A DNA stretch of 40,688 bases from an uncultured Bacteroidota bacterium (GCA_937926185.1 CALEYM010000483.1:1-40688); one strand, 5' to 3'. Positions 23,699-32,603 are shown, counted from the first letter of the stretch. A program made the numbers and translations. Notes: generated by a model from the letters alone, not told the origin.

Positions 23699-26077
23699 TT
23701 AAAATTGCCATCTCGCCCGAAGTCCGACATTCACTCCGGGTTCGTCGGCGAAAAAGCGGAAAAAGTTGAGGTACTCGCGATAGCGCCGGTTGGTCATGTT
23801 TTGGATGTTCAGGCCGATTTCCAGGGTTTGGCCCGCCGGATGATCCTCCGTTTTATACCCGAGCCGGAAGGTATGCGCCGCTTCCAGGCTGAACACGGTA
23901 AAGGCATCCGGGGCCGCTTTGAGCAGCCCTTCGGCCGGCAGGCGCGTTTGACACAGCACCGCGGTGGCCAGCAGCCGCACGTACGTTTCCCCCGCTTGCC
24001 CTTTGCTGCCAGGCTTTTGCCATTTCACGCCATATTGAAACCGGTCTGCCGGCATCAGCGGCAGCCATTCCTTGCGCTGTTTGTCTGAAGCCGGGTCATG
24101 CACCCGGCGGAATGCGCGCAACACCGACGCCCGGCCTTCCACCGACCAAGCGGAAAATACCTGCCAGGAAGCGCCGGCGTCGATACCCTGCAACACCGCG
24201 TTGTCCTGCCGGTAGCGGTACACGGGAAAAGCGCCGCGCACGGTAAGCACGGAGTCGGCGCTGGGGTTGAGATAAATAAAGTCCTGCACCGCGTTGCGGA
24301 AAAATGTCAGGGTAGCAGACAGCCGCGGCGCCTGCCATTCGAGGCTCAGGTTGGAATTCCAGGCTTTTTCCGGACGCATCCGGCGGTTGCCCTCCTCGTA
24401 GGTGGCGCTGCTGAAATGTACGCCCCGGGCAAACAGTTCGTACACATGCGGCGGCCGCCAGGCGTACCCGCTGTGGAGCGCCACCCGGCCATATTTGGCA
24501 AAATGATAGATGATACCGCCCGTGGCGGAGGCATTGCTGAAATGCACCGAGGTGTCGCGGGCGGTTCCCGGCGGCAGAAAAGTGCCCTCGGCATAGCTGA
24601 CGTCGCTGCGGCGATAGTCGAAGCGGGCGCCGATTTCGTATTCCCAGGGATGGGGGTAGCGGCGCCAGCGCTCCAAGGCCCAGACGGAGCCTCCGTAGGT
24701 TTGAAAATCGGGGATGTAGCCGCCCCGGCCCACGTAGTTCAGCTGCTGGATGCCCTGAATACCGATGCCGCCTTCCCAGTGTTGGATGGGGAAATGTTCG
24801 AGGGCTACGTCGAGGGTGTTCGACCAGAGGCGAAACGAGATTTGCGGTTTTTCGGCCGCGCTGCCCGTTTTACGCACCACATCGTACTCGCGGCGGTAGT
24901 TGTACTGAAAGCTGTACTGCCCGCTGAGTTTCCATTTTTCCGACAGGCGTACGCCGGTTTTATATTGCAGCAACTGGTGCTGAACGGATTGGTATGGCCG
25001 GCCGATGCGATAGGTAAAAGAGTCGGCATTTTGCAAGGGCACGTCGCTTTCGATGGCCCGGCGCAGGTCGGTGAGGTTGCCCGTGTGGGCCGCGCGAAGC
25101 ACGCCGAGGCGCTGGGTGAAACGGGAAGCGGTTACCTGATGCGTCCAGCGGCCCGATTTCCAACCTGCGAGCGCGGAGAAATCGAATTCGGCGGCGGCCG
25201 TATTGCCCAGCCAGTAGTCCGGCGCGCGCAGGGCGCCGCTGCGTTTGGCGGTGCCCTGCAAGCGGAATGTGAGTGAGCGCCCCGGCAAATGCCAGTCGAG
25301 CGCGCCCGAAGCCACGCCGCCCAGTCCGTTGGAAAAACCGCCCAGGCTGAGCCAGCCGCCGATGCCGGCATTCCGGCGCAGTTCTGCGGGCTCGAGTACG
25401 ATGGCGCCGGCCATGGCGCCCACGCCGTATCGTACGCCCGCCGCGCCTTTCACCACGCTGATGCGGTCGGCTGTAAAAGGATCGATTTCGGGCGCGTGTT
25501 CGGCGCCCCATTGCTGTCCTTCGAGGGCCACGTTGTTGGCAATGATGGCAATCCGGTTGGAATGTAACCCTTGTATGACCGGTTTGGCGATAGTTGCGCC
25601 GGTATTCAGCAGGGTAACGCCTGGCAGTTTTTTCAACGTTTCGCCGAGGTTGACGCCCTGCGTGGCAGCCAATTCGTTACCGGATACCGACACCGCGGCT
25701 TGCGCAGGCGCTGCCGCCACGGATTTTTCCGTCACGATCACTTCTTTCAGCACCTGGCTGTGGTGCAGGTAGAATTCGAGCAGCGTGTTTTCCGTCAGGC
25801 GCACCACCCGCGTTTCGTGGTCACATTCGACGTGTTTGACCGTGACGGTATAAGTAGCGCCTTCGCAAAGATCGGGTACGATGAAGTAGCCGTTTTCGTC
25901 GGAAACGGCGCCCTTGTCCGCCTCCTGTACGAATACGGAGGCGAAAGCCAGCGGCTCGCGGGTATCGTCGTCCATAATTTTGCCGCGCAGGGCTATGTGG
26001 CAGTCCTGGGCAAATACCGGTAACGCTGTACACGCGAGCCAGCAAGCGCCCCAAAAACGGGCTTTGCCAGCAATCAT
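23699..26077 (-). CDS. TonB-dependent receptor with an N-terminal carboxypeptidase-regulatory-like domain
   Basis: It has a signal peptide and a CarbopepD_reg-like segment (LRGKIMDDDTREPLAFASVFV...GYFIVPDL). Plug motifs are LGETLKKLPGVTL and PVIQGLHSNRIAII. The beta-barrel is long and ends in the terminal aromatic RARWQF. Confidence 0.9.
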   Translation of the reverse strand: MIAGKARFWGACWLACTALPVFAQDCHIALRGKIMDDDTREPLAFASVFVQEADKGAVSDENGYFIVPDLCEGATYTVTVKHVECDHETRVVRLTENTLLEFYLHHSQVLKEVIVTEKSVAAAPAQAAVSVSGNELAATQGVNLGETLKKLPGVTLLNTGATIAKPVIQGLHSNRIAIIANNVALEGQQWGAEHAPEIDPFTADRISVVKGAAGVRYGVGAMAGAIVLEPAELRRNAGIGGWLSLGGFSNGLGGVASGALDWHLPGRSLTFRLQGTAKRSGALRAPDYWLGNTAAAEFDFSALAGWKSGRWTHQVTASRFTQRLGVLRAAHTGNLTDLRRAIESDVPLQNADSFTYRIGRPYQSVQHQLLQYKTGVRLSEKWKLSGQYSFQYNYRREYDVVRKTGSAAEKPQISFRLWSNTLDVALEHFPIQHWEGGIGIQGIQQLNYVGRGGYIPDFQTYGGSVWALERWRRYPHPWEYEIGARFDYRRSDVSYAEGTFLPPGTARDTSVHFSNASATGGIIYHFAKYGRVALHSGYAWRPPHVYELFARGVHFSSATYEEGNRRMRPEKAWNSNLSLEWQAPRLSATLTFFRNAVQDFIYLNPSADSVLTVRGAFPVYRYRQDNAVLQGIDAGASWQVFSAWSVEGRASVLRAFRRVHDPASDKQRKEWLPLMPADRFQYGVKWQKPGSKGQAGETYVRLLATAVLCQTRLPAEGLLKAAPDAFTVFSLEAAHTFRLGYKTEDHPAGQTLEIGLNIQNMTNRRYREYLNFFRFFADEPGVNVGLRARWQF

Positions 26078-26116
26078 AATGAATTAATTAAGGATGGGAA
26101 AAAGTGGTGCGGCAGT

Positions 26117-26476
26117 TCAGGCAACTGCCGGCGGCGGGCCCCTCAAACGAACGGCATCGCCGTAAACGGGACGATATGCCGAGGGCATGGCCGCTGTTTC
26201 CCTGTTTTCTGCCGGCGCAGGCAGCGGGGAGAATACCGGCACGCAAACGATCTCCGGTACAGCAAAAATGAACGCGCACACCGAACAATCTTCGGGAGTA
26301 TAGCGCTCGTCGTGCAGGTGTTGGGCATTGCCCTCATGGGTCGCTTCGCAAACGGGCACATCATGGTGCTCGTGATGCATACACAGGCTGTGCGCGGTTT
26401 TCACCGACCACGATACTACGAAAACCAGGGCCAGCAGCCCGGCTTTGATGTGCGTGTGTATGGTTTGCGTCTTCAA
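26117..26476 (-). CDS. Small exported Cys/His-rich protein (possible metal-binding), first gene of the receptor operon
   Basis: I propose a TTG start at 26476. This gives a signal-like N-terminus (M)KTQTIHTHIKAGLLALVFVVSWSVKTAHS. The mature part reads LCMHHEHHDVPVCEATHEGNAQHLHDERYTPEDCSVCAF. The longer tracked ORF (to 26749) runs through a terminator and into hpf. The start and even the coding status are uncertain. Confidence 0.45.
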   Translation of the reverse strand: MKTQTIHTHIKAGLLALVFVVSWSVKTAHSLCMHHEHHDVPVCEATHEGNAQHLHDERYTPEDCSVCAFIFAVPEIVCVPVFSPLPAPAENRETAAMPSAYRPVYGDAVRLRGPPPAVA

Positions 26477-26560
26477 ATTGAAGTGTACAAACGGTTTTTG
26501 GATTGAAAAGTTGCCAATTGGAAGGCCAACAGTTAAAATGACAGGCGAAGATATGCACAA

Positions 26561-26644
26561 ATACCCAATAACCAACAAGGAATGTCCAATGTCCAACTCC
26601 TTGCACATTTGGGCATTGGACACTCCTTGTTGGCAATTGGGTAT
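26561..26644. repeat. 84-bp hairpin with 31-nt arms (two 1-nt mismatches) and a 22-nt loop
   Basis: The left arm is atacccaataaccaacaaggaatgtccaatg (26561-91). It pairs with cattggacactccttgttggcaattgggtat (26614-44). Confidence 0.85.
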
Positions 26645-26653
26645 TAAACAAGA

Positions 26654-26681
26654 GGCCCGGCAGCGGTATCGCTGCCGGGCC
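26654..26681 (-). terminator. Probable hpf terminator hairpin
   Basis: It has a perfect 12-bp GC-rich stem (ggcccggcagcg / cgctgccgggcc) and a 4-nt loop, 28 nt after the hpf stop. The minus-strand sequence downstream (ctcttgttt) is only moderately T-rich. Confidence 0.55.
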
Positions 26682-26708
26682 CCGGAATATGGACGAAATG
26701 ATTCGATT

Positions 26709-27053
26709 TTACGCCCTGCGGCTCTGGTCTCCGATTTTTTCGTTGGCATGATCGGCCAATTTTTCTTTGTACCGCACCAACTGGCGTTTCAGGGTATCCA
26801 CGGAGGCGTCAATGGCCGATTCGAAAGTTTTGCCGGTTTTTTTGTCCATCAGCCAGCCTCCCGGCACATGCATTCTGATCTCTGTGATCTTTTCCTGGAT
26901 TCTGCCCCCGTTGTCCTGGAGTTTGAGAATAATTTCGACTCCTTCAATTCGATTAAACATCTTACCCAGTCTGTTCACTTTTTTCTCCACATAAGTCTGC
27001 AACTTGGCATCGGCGTGGAAGTGCACGGATTTCACACTAATGTTCATACGCAC
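26709..27053 (-). CDS. hpf: Ribosome hibernation promoting factor / RaiA family (short form)
   Basis: Motifs are MNISVKSVHFHADAKLQTYVEKKVNRL and ITEIRMHVPGG...FESAIDASVDTLKRQLVRYKEK. This matches the S30AE/sigma-54 modulation protein pattern. The start may be the second Met, at 27047. Confidence 0.85.
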   Translation of the reverse strand: MRMNISVKSVHFHADAKLQTYVEKKVNRLGKMFNRIEGVEIILKLQDNGGRIQEKITEIRMHVPGGWLMDKKTGKTFESAIDASVDTLKRQLVRYKEKLADHANEKIGDQSRRA

Positions 27054-27356
27054 AAAAATTTAATGGTGAATAAATTAAATTTTACCTTGTAATTGTTTGG
27101 CACTATTTGGGGCGCGCCTGTTGTTTAAATTGCAAAGCCAATTTTACAAGCTATTAAAATACTGTGCAAATTTTCTGCGCAAAATTTATTTAGCGCGCGC
27201 TGACGGCCCCGAACCGGTATTATTTTGCCCGGAAACGGGATAGCAATGTACCTCTAACGAAGGAACCTTGCACGGCGTTGATTGTTTAGCATGGTATTGC
27301 ATCCGGTTAGCAAAAATCGATTTTTACTTCCGACTTTTGTACAAAACTTCAAACGC

Positions 27357-28808
27357 ATGACAGAGGTTGTCAACGTGCCCGCCCAAACCGCCCAACAGCG
27401 GCAATTCATAGACGAAATCTTTCGCCGCCAGCGACAACACCAGTATGCCGCGGCCAGGTCCACAGCCCGCGAACGTATTGCCAAACTACGCCGTCTGCAC
27501 GAGGCCATGCTGCGCCACCAGGAAGCCACGCGGGCAGCTTTATGGGCCGATTTTCGCAAACCACCGCACGAGGTAGATATTTCGGAAACGATCTGCGTGA
27601 ACAGCGAGATCCGGCATGCCATCCGTCACCTGGCGTCGTGGATGGCGCCCCGCCCAGTAGGCGTACGACTGCCCCTGTTGGGGTCTTCGGCTACCGTTTA
27701 CCACGAGCCTAAAGGGGTGTGCCTGATTCTTGGCCCCTGGAATTTTCCTTTCAACCTCAACCTGATCGCCCTGGTGGGCGCCGTGTCAGCCGGCAACTGC
27801 GTGATCCTCAAGCCCTCGGAATACGCGCCGCACAGTTCGGCCCTCCTAAAAAAGATCGTGGAGGAGTGTTTTCCGCCGGAAGAGGTGGCGGTGGAGGAAG
27901 GCGATGTGGCCGTGGCGGAACAGTTGCTGAGCCTGCCCTTCAACCATATTTTTTTCACCGGCAGCACGGCCGTGGGCAAAATTGTGATGACGGCCGCCGC
28001 CAAACACCTGGCCTCGGTCACGCTCGAACTCGGCGGCAAAAGCCCCGCGGTGGTGGACGAAACCGCCGACCTCGACCGGGCTGCCTCCCGCATCGCCTGG
28101 ATCAAGTGCCTCAACGGCGGCCAAACCTGCATCGCGCCCGACTACGTGCTGGTGCAGGAATCGGTACACGATGCGTTTATTGACAAACTTAAAACCTGGA
28201 TCCGGCATTTCTACGGCGCCACGCCGGAAGCCCGGCAACAAAGCCCCGACCTGGCCCGCATGATCCACGACCGGCATTTCCGGGCAGTCAAACACCTGCT
28301 CGACGATGCTGTAAGCCGCGGCGCCCATGTCGCCTTCGGCGGCCACACCGACGCCGTAGGCCGGTACATCGAGCCGACCGTCCTGACCGCGGCGCCGGAA
28401 GAAGCCGCGATCTGGGAGCATGAAATTTTTGGCCCGCTCCTGCCCGTTCGCCCTTATCAAACCCTCGACGACGCCCTGGCCTACATCAACGCCGGCGCCA
28501 AACCTTTGGCCCTGTATCTGTTCAGCCGCCGGGAGAAACATATCCGCCAATTTATCGCCGAAACCCGCGGCGGCGGCGTCAGCATCAATGAATGTGCCTT
28601 GCAGTTTTTCAACCCCGAACTGCCTTTTGGCGGACACAACGCCAGCGGAATCGGTAAATACCACGGGGAAAGCGGATTTATGGAGTTCAGTAATTCGCGC
28701 AGCGTGGCGCGGCAGCACAGCCCGGCGCCAACCACGAAGTTGTTTTTGCCGCCGTATGGGTCGAGGCTGATGAATCTGTCGTTGAAGTGGCTGTCGCGCT
28801 GGCTATGA
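27357..28808 (+). CDS. NAD(P)+-dependent aldehyde dehydrogenase (class-3-like)
   Basis: I chose the internal ATG at 27357 (MTEVVNV...). The catalytic-Glu motif is ELGGKSP and the catalytic-Cys motif is GQTCIAPDY. Also present are FTGSTAVGK and EIFGPLLP. Confidence 0.9.
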   Translation: MTEVVNVPAQTAQQRQFIDEIFRRQRQHQYAAARSTARERIAKLRRLHEAMLRHQEATRAALWADFRKPPHEVDISETICVNSEIRHAIRHLASWMAPRPVGVRLPLLGSSATVYHEPKGVCLILGPWNFPFNLNLIALVGAVSAGNCVILKPSEYAPHSSALLKKIVEECFPPEEVAVEEGDVAVAEQLLSLPFNHIFFTGSTAVGKIVMTAAAKHLASVTLELGGKSPAVVDETADLDRAASRIAWIKCLNGGQTCIAPDYVLVQESVHDAFIDKLKTWIRHFYGATPEARQQSPDLARMIHDRHFRAVKHLLDDAVSRGAHVAFGGHTDAVGRYIEPTVLTAAPEEAAIWEHEIFGPLLPVRPYQTLDDALAYINAGAKPLALYLFSRREKHIRQFIAETRGGGVSINECALQFFNPELPFGGHNASGIGKYHGESGFMEFSNSRSVARQHSPAPTTKLFLPPYGSRLMNLSLKWLSRWL

Positions 28809-28857
28809 TTTGTTGATTTGAGGGCCCCAGCGCTTGGCCGCTCAAATCAACAAATCA
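28806..28857. repeat. Perfect 17-bp-stem hairpin built from tandem TGATTTG-type words, overlapping the ALDH stop codon
   Basis: tgatttgttgatttgag (28806-22) pairs perfectly with ctcaaatcaacaaatca (28841-57). The loop is 18 nt and GC-rich. The TGA stop at 28806-08 is the first triplet of the left arm. Confidence 0.85.
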
Positions 28858-28864
28858 ACAAAAA

Positions 28865-28912
28865 AACAACCCCCGTCCGGAGTAGCCGAGGCCCGGACGG
28901 GGGTGTTGTTTT
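28865..28912. terminator. Bidirectional rho-independent terminator between convergent genes
   Basis: The stem is cccccgtccgg (28870-80) / ccggacggggg (28893-903), extended by aacaac/gttgtt. An A-run precedes it and TTTT follows. Confidence 0.75.
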
Positions 28913-28932
28913 ATGCAGTATTGAGATAACGC

Positions 28933-29610
28933 TTATTTGGTGTCGGCCACCGCGGAGGCGCCCAGGGAAGTGACGGGTTTGTATGCCCAGCTCAGTTGTT
29001 CCACCGCGTTGCCTACAGTCAGGTTAACCGACTGTTTGCCGGCCGGGGTGAGGCTGATGATGGAGTTGCCTTCGGCGCCGTTTTCCTGTACGTCTTTCGC
29101 CCAGTTGACTTGATAGGCCTGTACTTTGGCGTGCAGGGTTTCGTCGATCGTTGAAGCGGTCAGGGTGGTGGTATTTACGCCTGCCACAAAGTGGGTGGCG
29201 AGGTGGTTGCCCTGCTTGTCGAACACGGCGATATGGTAGCTTTTGAAATTTTTGGTAAATCCGCGACCGGTGTTATACAGCACGGCGTAGTTTTCCCGCG
29301 TTTCGAAAGCGGCTACCGGCTCCGGGTAAACCGGCATGCGGCTGTAACGGGCGCTTTCTTCGAGCATCGGAAGAAACTGGTAGTATTCCCAGGCCAGGCG
29401 TTTGGCTTTCGGCGCGGTAGCGCGTTTTTCCATTTGCGCCTGCAAGTCGTCGGCACTGAAGGTGTAGGGTAGGCCGGCTTTCGGGAACTGCGCCAGGAAG
29501 TCCTGAAACGTCGGTTCGTCCGGGTTGCCGTTGTTGTTGACAGAATTGTTTGCGTTCATGGGAACGAGGCAAACAAGGAGAAAGACCGGGATTAAGAAGA
29601 TTGATTTCAT
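28933..29610 (-). CDS. Hypothetical secreted protein
   Basis: The signal peptide is MKSIFLIPVFLLVCLVPMNA. It is a 225-aa clean ORF with no recognised domain. Confidence 0.6.
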   Translation of the reverse strand: MKSIFLIPVFLLVCLVPMNANNSVNNNGNPDEPTFQDFLAQFPKAGLPYTFSADDLQAQMEKRATAPKAKRLAWEYYQFLPMLEESARYSRMPVYPEPVAAFETRENYAVLYNTGRGFTKNFKSYHIAVFDKQGNHLATHFVAGVNTTTLTASTIDETLHAKVQAYQVNWAKDVQENGAEGNSIISLTPAGKQSVNLTVGNAVEQLSWAYKPVTSLGASAVADTK

Positions 29611-29699
29611 TGTAAAGATCGGTTTTGGTTTTTGTTGTGTGAGTATGTTGAAGCGGCTACTTTCTCATTTATTCTGGCCGGAAAGTTTTGCCGCGGGAT

Positions 29700-29740
29700 T
29701 AAAAAAACCTGCAAGGAGAATCACTCGCTTGCAGGTTTAT
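29700..29740 (-). terminator. Rho-independent terminator for the ATP-grasp gene (bidirectional in form)
   Basis: The stem is acctgcaag (29707-15) / cttgcaggt (29728-36). A7 lies on one side and TTTATTTT on the other. It is 30 nt after the stop at 29770. Confidence 0.75.
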
Positions 29741-29769
29741 TTTCAAACCACGTGCCAAAAACGACCTGC

Positions 29770-30798
29770 CTATGTTTTTTTAACTTTTGAAGCCTTGCCG
29801 GAGGCTTTTTTTACCGCGACCGGGGTATCATTTCCGGCCATTAGTGTCGGCAAGACGCCATTCGCTGCTCCACGAACGTAAGTCCCCCAGGTTAAATTGT
29901 TTCCACCCTCTTTGTGGCCGAGGGCTTTTTCGATGGCCAGGTTCGCGGCATTTTCCACCACCCATTCAAAGTTTTCTTCCCCTACCGAATGCACGTCGGC
30001 ATCGGGGGCCGGGTTGCAAAAATCGATCGCGTAGGGAATGCCGTCGCGAATAGCAAATTCAACGGTGTTGAAGTCGTAACCCAGCGCCTCGTTTAGTCGC
30101 AACACGTAGTCGTGCATCAATTCGCGCAGGGCTTTAGGCACTTTGTGATCGGCCACATAACGGGTGTGGTGCGGGTTGCGCGGCTCGTAGTCCATGATCC
30201 GCACCTGTTTGCCGCCTAAGCAATAGCAGCGGAAATAGGAGTCGAAGTCGATGGCTTCCTGGAGCAGCATGACCAGGGTGCCGGTTTCGTTGTAGGCGGT
30301 AAAAAACTCGTCGAAATTGTGCACTTTGTACACGCTTTTCCAGCCGCCGCCGGCGTGCGGTTTCATAAACAGGGGAAATCCGCCGAGGTATTCGGTCATT
30401 TTTTCCCATTCGAGCGGGTACTTCAGGTTGCGGAAACTTTGTCCGCTGGTGTCGGGTGGCATTTGTTTGGAGGGCAGCAACACGGTGCGGGGCACGGGTA
30501 CGCCGATTTTGGTGGCCAGGCAGTTGTTGAAGTACTTTTCGTCGGCGCTCCACCAAAAGGGATTGTTCAGAACGGCAGTGCCGTTCAACGCGGCGTTTTT
30601 CAGATAAGCGCGATAAAAAGGCACATCCTGGCTGATCCGGTCGAAAATAACCGCGTACGGCGTGGGTTCGCCCTGCATCAGTTCTTCCACCAGGGCGCGT
30701 TCCGCATGTACGCCTTTTACATTTTTACTGTTGATCCGCTCGACAACAGCCTCCGGGAAACTATTCTCCTTGCCGTGTAAAATTCCGATTTTCTTCAT
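29770..30798 (-). CDS. ATP-grasp fold enzyme of unknown substrate
   Basis: I chose the internal ATG at 30798 (MKKIGILHGKE...). ATP-grasp-like blocks are FPLFMKPHAGGGWKSVYKV, VMLLQEAI and NTVEFAIRDGIPYAIDFCNPAPD. The C-terminal tail is Lys-rich. Confidence 0.6.
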   Translation of the reverse strand: MKKIGILHGKENSFPEAVVERINSKNVKGVHAERALVEELMQGEPTPYAVIFDRISQDVPFYRAYLKNAALNGTAVLNNPFWWSADEKYFNNCLATKIGVPVPRTVLLPSKQMPPDTSGQSFRNLKYPLEWEKMTEYLGGFPLFMKPHAGGGWKSVYKVHNFDEFFTAYNETGTLVMLLQEAIDFDSYFRCYCLGGKQVRIMDYEPRNPHHTRYVADHKVPKALRELMHDYVLRLNEALGYDFNTVEFAIRDGIPYAIDFCNPAPDADVHSVGEENFEWVVENAANLAIEKALGHKEGGNNLTWGTYVRGAANGVLPTLMAGNDTPVAVKKASGKASKVKKT

Positions 30799-30898
30799 TC
30801 GTTTTGCGTTTTGAATCAATAAGGTACGGTTTAGGTAGTTTATGGGGTTTAGATGGTTTAGGGCTGCCAATATACATAAGAGGATTATTCCGTATGTT

Positions 30899-31402
30899 TT
30901 AATCCTCGATAATATCGCTGATTGCCGGTTTTTGCGTTTTACGCTGCACTTTTACTTCTTTTTTAATAGTCTGTAGTTTCACCTCCTGTCCTTCAAAGCG
31001 GGCATAAAGCGATACCTGGAACTCCCCGGTTTTTTGATAAACGTATTTTAATTCACCGTCGGTGAAAGTCCGGCGGCCGCTGCCGTCGCCCGGATCGAGT
31101 TCATACGTGGCCCCCTGGGCGAAATTGGTCATGCGGAATACGAAGGGCTGGCCCACTTCCGGATATTCTTCGTTTCGGGTCACCAGTTCGCCGGTAATCT
31201 TCTGGATCGGCGCCGAAACGGCTTCGGGTGCGGCGTTGTTTTGTGCGCCGGACTGTACCATCGAACGTTCGTCGGAGCGGGAGTCCGTATTTTTCCGGCC
31301 AAATTGCAGCGCCAATAAACCCGCCACGCCGATCAGCGCCACGAGCGCCAGCAATATGAGTTCCCGGTTTTTGCCGGTGGGTTTTGTCGTTTGTTCGGTC
31401 AT
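30899..31402 (-). CDS. Single-pass membrane protein with a PKD-like Ig domain
   Basis: I chose the internal ATG at 31402 (MTEQTTKPTGKNRELILLALVALIGVAGLLAL). The PKD-like signature is YELDPGDGSGRRTF...YVYQKTGEFQVSL. Confidence 0.55.
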   Translation of the reverse strand: MTEQTTKPTGKNRELILLALVALIGVAGLLALQFGRKNTDSRSDERSMVQSGAQNNAAPEAVSAPIQKITGELVTRNEEYPEVGQPFVFRMTNFAQGATYELDPGDGSGRRTFTDGELKYVYQKTGEFQVSLYARFEGQEVKLQTIKKEVKVQRKTQKPAISDIIED

Positions 31403-31566
31403 AATATTCGTTGAATTGGTTACGTATTCCCCGTTAAATTGGCACAAAAATACAACCTCTGGCCCACACCGCCCGATATTTTAGAAAATGCGCTTACTTC
31501 AAACCGATCCGGTAAAAATCAGGGGCTTTGAACCACAATAAGCGGCGCTTGTTCCTGCATCTGACC

Positions 31567-32589
31567 ATGACGCTTCTCCGAGCCGACACGCTGAACTTTA
31601 TCCGCAAGATCACGCTGCGCCGCGGCTGGAATTTTGCCAAAGTGCTCACGTCCTATTACCTGACCCGCCTCCTTCGCCGGCCCATTCAATGGGGCGTGCC
31701 GGTAACCCTGAGCATCGAACCCACCACCGCCTGCAACCTGCGCTGTCCCGAATGTCCTTCCGGCCTGCGTTCGTTCACGCGGGCCACCGGCAATCTGAAG
31801 ACCGATTTTTTCCGGCGGCTCACCGATGACTTGCACGCCGATCTGTTGTACCTGTATTTCTATTTTCAGGGCGAGCCGTATTTGCATCCCCAATTTCTCG
31901 ATATGGTGCGATACGCCCACGACCGGCGCCTGTACACCGTGACCAGCACCAACGGACATTTTCTCGACGATGAAAATGCCCGCTGCACCGTGGAATCCGG
32001 GCTCGACCGGCTGATCATTTCCGTGGACGGAACCACCCAGGACACCTACGAACAATACCGCAAAGGCGGCAACCTCGATCAGGTACTCGACGGCGCCCGG
32101 CGCCTCGTGGACTGGAAACGCCGCTTGGGCGCCGGCCACCCGCACATCATATTCCAGTTTCTCGTGGTGCGCCCCAACGAACATCAGATTCCCGAAATTT
32201 TCCGACTCGCCCGCTCCATCGGCGTCGACGAGGTGCAACTGAAAACGGCGCAGGTGTACGATTACCGGCACGGTCATCCGCTCATCCCAACGCAGGGACG
32301 TTATGCCCGGTATAAGGCCGGGCCGGATGGCGTGTGGATGCCCAAACACGCCCTGCACAAGCATTGCTGGAAGCTCTGGCACGCCTGCGTCGTCACCTGG
32401 GACGGGCTGGTTGTGCCCTGTTGTTTCGACAAAGACGCCCTGCATCGCCTCGGCGACCTGAAAAAGCAGCGATTCCGCGATGTGTGGCGGGGTGAAGCCT
32501 ACCGGCATTTCCGGCAAAAACTGTTGAAAGGCCGGCAGGAAATTGACATTTGTACCAATTGCACCGAAGGATGCCGCGTTTATCTTTAA
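31567..32589 (+). CDS. Radical SAM enzyme with a SPASM-type C-terminal Cys cluster
   Basis: I chose the internal ATG at 31567. The CxxxCxxC motif is EPTTACNLRCPEC. The C-terminal cysteines are CWKLWHAC...VVPCCFD...ICTNCTEGC. Confidence 0.8.
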   Translation: MTLLRADTLNFIRKITLRRGWNFAKVLTSYYLTRLLRRPIQWGVPVTLSIEPTTACNLRCPECPSGLRSFTRATGNLKTDFFRRLTDDLHADLLYLYFYFQGEPYLHPQFLDMVRYAHDRRLYTVTSTNGHFLDDENARCTVESGLDRLIISVDGTTQDTYEQYRKGGNLDQVLDGARRLVDWKRRLGAGHPHIIFQFLVVRPNEHQIPEIFRLARSIGVDEVQLKTAQVYDYRHGHPLIPTQGRYARYKAGPDGVWMPKHALHKHCWKLWHACVVTWDGLVVPCCFDKDALHRLGDLKKQRFRDVWRGEAYRHFRQKLLKGRQEIDICTNCTEGCRVYL

Positions 32590-32603
32590 TATGTTTTACC
32601 CTG

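Noticed and set aside
26477-26749. N-terminal extension of the tracked 210-aa ORF 26117-26749
   Set aside because: The extension overlaps the 3' end of hpf. It runs through the hpf terminator hairpin and the 84-bp hairpin. A TTG start at 26476 gives a sensible signal peptide instead.
27282-27356. Upstream extensions of several tracked ORFs (27282, 30870, 31447, 31528, 36477, 37516, 23730)
   Set aside because: Internal ATGs give canonical N-termini (signal peptides, lipoboxes or family-typical starts). They also remove overlaps with neighbouring genes or repeats, and the extensions add no conserved sequence.
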